Source: an uncultured Acidobacteriota bacterium
Lineage (GTDB): Bacteria > Acidobacteriota > Vicinamibacteria > Vicinamibacterales > 2-12-FULL-66-21
NCBI GenBank assembly: GCA_963786615.1
Contig: CAWAZT010000003.1
Span: 138,007-202,006, forward strand
Reading direction: 5' to 3'
Length of the DNA stretch: 64,000 bases
Both the position numbers and the translations under genes were made by a program. The notes under the pieces were generated by a model. It was not told the origin of the DNA. It saw nothing but the letters and a program-made list of their open reading frames with translations, and did no database searches. This document shows, piece after piece, positions 58,908-64,000 of the stretch (position 1 is its first letter; each line of letters begins with the position of its first letter).

Positions 58908-59942
58908 TTAGTTCCGGGCGCGCAACCACACGTCGAAGACTCTCGCGGCTTCGCCGTCGGACCATTGCAGCCGCCCCACCTCCCGGAACTCATTTCCGAA
59001 CTTGTCGGTCCTGCGGCTGACCCTGTAGTCGGTGCCGATGGCGACGATACCCTCGTCAACTGCGCGCGTCAATTCGCCGGATTCCGAGATTCCGTTGTGA
59101 TTCAGATCACGCCAAAGCAGAAGGCGCTCGAAGACCGGATCGTTTACGTCGAGACGGCCATCAGGCACACGCGCTGCGCCCGTAGCTGGCGAGTCGAGAA
59201 ACTTCAACACCTCAAAACCGTTGGCCGCCGTCACATCAGACTCGGCGCCGTAGATGGGGCTATGGTTCCCAAACAATTCCGACCCATCGTCTATCCGGCC
59301 GTTGCCGTTGCGATCGATCGCCAGGAATGCATCGTCCGATCCAGGACGCGTCCAAGCGACCAGCTCCGGTGTCCCGTCCGCGTCGAGATCGAAACGGACG
59401 CCTTCTTGAACACTGGTGAGGCGGTATCCGTTGTCCGCAGTGTCTACGAGGATCGGACAGTTGGGCACACTGCAGGAGACGCCATTCCAGGTGCCACCCC
59501 TGTCGTGGCACTCCTGCTCGCGGGAGCGGCCGGCCTGTGGACGGACATCAGCAAACGACACCGTCTCGCCGGTATGAATATTCAGGTACGGTACCCACGT
59601 GGTCGCCCAATGGTGGCCATTCGTCTGCCAGGTCCCATAGGACGGAACGGCGACCTGCCGCCTCACCGCGGCGTAGAGCACTCCACTGGCGGTTGTCGCC
59701 GAATTCGGTACGCCGGACACGTCCGCCGCAACGATCCCGACAAGTTGCCCGCAGACATCGATCACGGCCTGGGTTTCGACGATGTATTCGAGCCAGTTGA
59801 AGGGACCGAACTGATGACTGGCGTTCCTGTTCACAACCGTGCCGCACACAGGAATGTCGTACCGGCCGTCGGCCGCCGACGCCGTTCCCGGCGCCAGCGC
59901 GAGCAGGCACACGAATCCCACGATGGTCGTACTTCTCTTCAT
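58908..59942 (-). CDS. Secreted protein with a C-terminal FrpC-type Ca2+-dependent self-processing-module (SPM)-like domain
   Basis: Signal peptide; CPILVD...FDLDADG...AW...DDAFLAIDRNGNGRIDDGSELFGN...NGFEVL...D..FERLLLWRDLNHNGISESGEL. Confidence 0.75.
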   Translation of the reverse strand: MKRSTTIVGFVCLLALAPGTASAADGRYDIPVCGTVVNRNASHQFGPFNWLEYIVETQAVIDVCGQLVGIVAADVSGVPNSATTASGVLYAAVRRQVAVPSYGTWQTNGHHWATTWVPYLNIHTGETVSFADVRPQAGRSREQECHDRGGTWNGVSCSVPNCPILVDTADNGYRLTSVQEGVRFDLDADGTPELVAWTRPGSDDAFLAIDRNGNGRIDDGSELFGNHSPIYGAESDVTAANGFEVLKFLDSPATGAARVPDGRLDVNDPVFERLLLWRDLNHNGISESGELTRAVDEGIVAIGTDYRVSRRTDKFGNEFREVGRLQWSDGEAARVFDVWLRARN

Positions 59943-59967
59943 ACGTCACCTCGTGTCGTAAGAGCGG

Positions 59968-60495
59968 TTACTCGGGTTCCCGGAATCTGGCGAGATCCTT
60001 CTTCGGAATCGCCAGCGATGTTCCCGCTTTGGTGGACTCGACGAAGGCTGTGAGTGCCGCCTGTGCGTCCGGTGTAAGGTCGGCCAGCACGCGATCTCGC
60101 GCGTGCAGAGTTTCCCACCGGCAGTCCAGCGACAGCTCGCGTACTTCCTTGTCGACGTCTTCCAGTTTCTTGTTGCCTCGATTGGCCAGAATTTTCCGGT
60201 GACGCGCCATACAGGTGACATCACTCCCCTGCACCGCGTCCGCTTCTTTGATGATCAGCGCCTGCTCGGCTTCGGTCACATGCGCCAAAACCGAGGACGG
60301 CAGCATGCGAGGACCTCCCGCGAAGACCCTGAACGCATACCCCCAGGCGCTCCACTGCGGAATCAGCTCGGGGTTCTTGCTGCCGTCGATCTGGACGATT
60401 TCGCTGGAGGCCGGGTCTTGCTGCTGCCCCGCCGCACCGCCAGGCCAGGTACCCAGGAAGCACACGAGGATTACGCCGAATTGCCATCCCTTCAT
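59968..60495 (-). CDS. Hypothetical secreted protein
   Basis: MKGWQFGVILVCFLG signal, IDGSKNPELIP, helical body with two Cys; RBS GAGGAGG upstream. Confidence 0.65.
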   Translation of the reverse strand: MKGWQFGVILVCFLGTWPGGAAGQQQDPASSEIVQIDGSKNPELIPQWSAWGYAFRVFAGGPRMLPSSVLAHVTEAEQALIIKEADAVQGSDVTCMARHRKILANRGNKKLEDVDKEVRELSLDCRWETLHARDRVLADLTPDAQAALTAFVESTKAGTSLAIPKKDLARFREPE

Positions 60496-60823
60496 CTGGC
60501 CTCCTCTTGCAACGACGACAGCGTCGGGCACGGCTCGCGGGAACTCGGTTCGCATTCGGGAAGTTCGTGCCCGAGTGCCGGACGTCGAACGCGGGTCGCA
60601 GGTTGCCGCCAGCCGAAGCAAAGACAAGTCCGCGAAGCGGGGTCGCGTGTCGGACGCCTCAACCCATGGGTCCCAAAACAGTTGGCGTCCCGGCGCAGGG
60701 CGGACACGCGTGTGGCGGGTTCCTGCCTCGTTACAAATGCAAACGGCGGGTGACGCCCAGCACAAAATCTGATCCCACAAAACGGCATCCGGCGGTTGCG
60801 GAGCGCGGTATGATCGTCGGACA

Positions 60824-61184
60824 GTGCTGCGGGTACTCGTGGTGGACGATGATGCGGATTCGGCGGAGATGATGGGAATGCTGCTCCGTCTGATGGGCCA
60901 TGCGGCGTACGTTGCGCACAACGGCGAGGCTGCCGTTGCCTGCGCGGCAACGGATCATCCGCACGGTGGTCCTCCTCGACATCAGCCTTCCGGACATGGA
61001 CGGCTACGAGGTGGCGCGGCAGATTCGTGCACGGCACGGCCAGGCGATCCGCCTGATCGCGTTGAGCGGATGGAGCGAGGAGGAAGATCGCCGGCGCGCC
61101 CGCGAAGCCGGGTTCGATCACTACCTCACGAAGCCGGCACAGCCCGAGGCCCTCGAGCGGCTCCTCGGCGAAGAAGTCGTGTAG
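60824..61184 (+). CDS. Stand-alone response regulator receiver; frameshift near 60965
   Basis: RVLVVDDD, VVLLDISLPDMDGYEVA, IALSG, AGFDHYLTKP. Confidence 0.88.
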
Positions 61185-61205
61185 CGGCGGCGCTCCTACC
61201 TTACA

Positions 61206-62859
61206 ATGTCGCGTCGTATGCATCGACGCGACTTTCTGCGCCTTGCGGTGGCGGGCACCGGTCTCGCGCTGATTCCCCGATCGAGCCGCGCAGCCGACGC
61301 CCATATCGAAGTCCTGCTCGACGAGCCCATCGCTCCGATCACACCTAACCTGTACGGCCATTTCGTCGAGCACCTCGGTGGCGTCGTGTACGACGGCATC
61401 TGGGTCGGCGAGGGATCGAAGGTGGCGAACACCGGAGGCATTCGTCGCGCGCTCGTAGATGCCATGCGGCGGTTGCCCTCCGGGCCGATTCGATGGCCGG
61501 GTGGTTGCTTCGCCGACAGCTACGACTGGCGGGACGGCGTCGGTCCGCGGTCGTCGAGGCCCCGCCGCACGAACTTCTGGGCCAACGACATGGCGAACCT
61601 GCCGGACGGCCCGGCGAAGTACGAGCCGAACCAGTTCGGCACGAACGATTTCGTGCGGCTCTGTCGGTTGGCCGGCGGCGAACCGTATCTCGCCGCGAAT
61701 CTCCGCAGCCTGCCCGCGCGCGACTTCTATCAGTGGGTCGAGTTCTGCAACAGCCCCGCCGGCAGCTCGACGCTCGCCGACCTGCGGGCCATCGGCCGGC
61801 GATCGGGATCCGTTCCGTGTGCGGTTCTGGGGTGTCGGAAACGAATCCTGGGGTTGCGGCGGCAACTTCACGCCGGACGAATACGCGACCGAGTTTCGGC
61901 GTTTCACGGCCTGGCTGCCGCGTTACGGTGTCGATCTCGCGTTGATCGCCTCGGGACCCAACAGCGGCGACCTCTCCTGGACGCGTCGCTTCCTGAACAA
62001 GCTGACCGAAAAGGGTGAAGGCACGCTACGAGATGTCTGGGGCCTCGCCCTGCATCATTACTCGTGGAACGTCAGTCGCGGTGCGACAACCGACTGGAAT
62101 GCCGGCAAGGGGGACGCCGTTCAGTTCACGACGGACGAGTGGTACGAGCTCCTGAACGAAGCGGACCGGATGGAGACCCTCATCACGGATCACTGGAACG
62201 TGATGGCGGAGGTCGATCGGCGGCATCGCGTGAAGCTGGTCGTCGACGAGTGGGGCGCATGGCATCGCGCGGGCACCGCGGTTGCCCCGTCGCATCTCTT
62301 CGGGCAGCAGTCGACGATGCGCGATGCGCTGCTGGCGGGGCTGACACTCGACATCTTCCAGCGGCATGCGGACAAAGTGGCGATGGCCAACGTCGCGCAG
62401 CTCGTCAACTGTCTCCAGTCGTTGTTCCTGGCGACCGAAGATCGTTTCGTGGCGACGCCAACGTTTCACGTGTTCGAGATGTACGCGCCACACGTTGGAG
62501 GCCAGGCAGTACGATCGATCTGCTCGGCTCCGCGCATCGCGTACGACCGCGTGAACGGCAAAGGATCATTCTGGGGTCTGGGTGGATCCGCGTCGCTCAA
62601 GAATCGGACGCTCACGCTGACGGTGGTCAACCCGCACGTCAGCGCGCCTCGCGAGACCGAGATCGCGGTTCGCGGCGGAGCGGCGACCGCCGTTCGCGCG
62701 ATGACGATGGCGGCCGCCGACATCCATGCCCACAACACGTTCGACGATCCAGATGCGGTCCGGCCTCGAGAGGACCAGGTGCCCGCCGCGCGTGGCGCGA
62801 CGCTGACGTATCGATTTCCGCCGGCGTCGGTCACGCGCCTCACGATCGAGCTGGCGTAG
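61206..62859 (+). CDS. GH51 alpha-L-arabinofuranosidase with Tat signal; frameshift near 61790
   Basis: RRDFL Tat motif; YGHFVEHLG, RWPGGCFAD, WGVGNESWGCGG, VDEWGAW, MANVAQLVN, HNTFD. Confidence 0.93.
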
Positions 62860-62865
62860 CGTCAC

Positions 62866-62922
62866 GAGTCCCAGAGTCCCAAGTCCCGAGTCCCACGTCC
62901 CGGGACTAGGGACGTGGGACGT
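62866..62922. repeat. Inverted arrays of a 7-bp unit (gagtccc / gggacgt)
   Basis: gagtccc a gagtccc aagtccc gagtccc acgtccc | gggacta gggacgt gggacgt between convergent genes. Confidence 0.8.
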
Positions 62923-62928
62923 ATGGCT

Positions 62929-64000
62929 CTACGGCAGAATCGCCTTCACCTGCGCCATCAGCGCTTGATAGCGGGCCAGGGCGTCTTCGGCTGCCTTCAC
63001 GGTCTGCACCGGCGCCGGACCGCTGCCGTCCTGCGTCAGCGCGAGCAGGCCCAGGAGCTGCGCCGATAGCATTGGCGACGGTTGGCTGCCCTTCGGCTGC
63101 GCCCCGGCCTCGACCGCCCCCTCGGCCTCCGCCAGCGCCAAGTAGGGCGCCGACTTTCTGTGCCAGCTCGGCATTGCCCGAGCCCCGTGCGCGATCGCGG
63201 GCGTCATTCAGCGCGGGGCAGGACTTCGTGAAGCGAGACCGCGGCGTCGTACAGCCGCTTCGACAGCGCGAATTGCTGCCGCAGCGCCAGGGCCCCACTC
63301 TTGATGCGTGGATCCATGCGGACGACGAGCGGCTCCGTGTAGCTCTTGCCGCTGATCGTCAGCCGCACGGTATAGGTGCCCGGAACGACCCACGGTCCTT
63401 TCGGCTCCGACGCGGTATCGTGCGGCGTCGCAGCAATCGGATAGCTCCTGGGCGCACCCGGCGGTGGCGCGTAGTGCAGATCCCACACGAAACGATGCAG
63501 ACCGGCGTCACCAGAGAGAATCTGCGACGGCCGCATCCAGTACGCGGGCACCTCCCCTTCGTCGCGCAGCTCGATCGGCTTGTCGTCGCTGGCGTAGCGC
63601 CGCACGAGTCTCCCGGCAGCGTCGAGGATCTCCAGGGTCGTCACGCCGGCCGCCGGTTGTTTGAGGTAGTAGTCGATGATCGCGCCGTCAGGCGGATTCT
63701 GTCCTGCGGGCTCGTCCGGCGGGAGGGGCGTATCGGTGTTGCGATTCCACTCGAACCTGATGGCGGTCTGCGGCTTGAACAGGACGACGTCGCCGAGCGC
63801 GTCGGGCTGGATCTGTCGCAGCGGCGTGATGTCGTCGAGGATCCAGAATCCGCGTCCGTGCGTCCCCACCACGAGGTCGTCGTCTTTCACCACCAGATCA
63901 CGAATCGACGTGGCGGGCATGTTCACCCGCAGCGATTGCCACCGTTCACCGTCGTCGAACGACACGTAGACCTGTGTTTCGCTGCCGGCGAACAGCAGCC
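62929..64000 (-). CDS. C-terminal part of a BNR/VPS10-type beta-propeller glycosyl-hydrolase-like protein, frameshifted; start outside window
   Basis: SFDDGERWQ (Asp-box), DLVVGTHGRGFWILDDITPL, GQNPPDGAIIDYYL, HRFVWDL, PGTYTVRL, DPR. Confidence 0.8.

Overview
High-GC bacterial chromosome segment with no phage or IS elements. Gene content and protein style suggest Acidobacteriota, probably Vicinamibacterales/Luteitalea-like (inference, no search run). About half the genes, including secA, gcvP and gcvT, are split by single-base frameshifts, which I read as long-read indel errors rather than pseudogenes; coordinates for such genes span the joined pieces and are approximate. Left to right: metK and xerD at the end of a MoxR/DUF58/BatA operon; a peptidoglycan-sugar recycling cluster (murQ, nagB, BadF-type kinase, GHL10 hydrolase, beta-lactamase-fold hydrolase); a hybrid type II secretion/type IV pilus cluster (PilC/B/M/N/O, TPR-secretin with a C-terminal cohesin-like domain, pseudopilins) interrupted by an Ig-like lipoprotein, a cupin and an HTH-TM-beta-propeller protein; a two-gene microcompartment satellite (shell hexamer plus acylating aldehyde dehydrogenase); an MltD-like transglycosylase and comM; a PEP-CTERM/exosortase locus with sigma54-type promoters; secA, guaB, tsaE, nnr, a class IV aminotransferase and gcvTHP; a comEA-FimT-PilZ-atypical enhancer-binding protein module; a three-gene cassette encoding a secreted protein with a FrpC-like self-processing module whose Asp-Pro site is replaced by Asn-Cys-Pro; a receiver protein, a GH51 arabinofuranosidase and a partial BNR/VPS10-type protein. 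Several intergenic gaps hold short-unit tandem repeats arranged as inverted arms. Most interesting: the self-processing-module cassette, the cohesin-tipped secretin, the probable sigma54-linked competence module and the microcompartment satellite.
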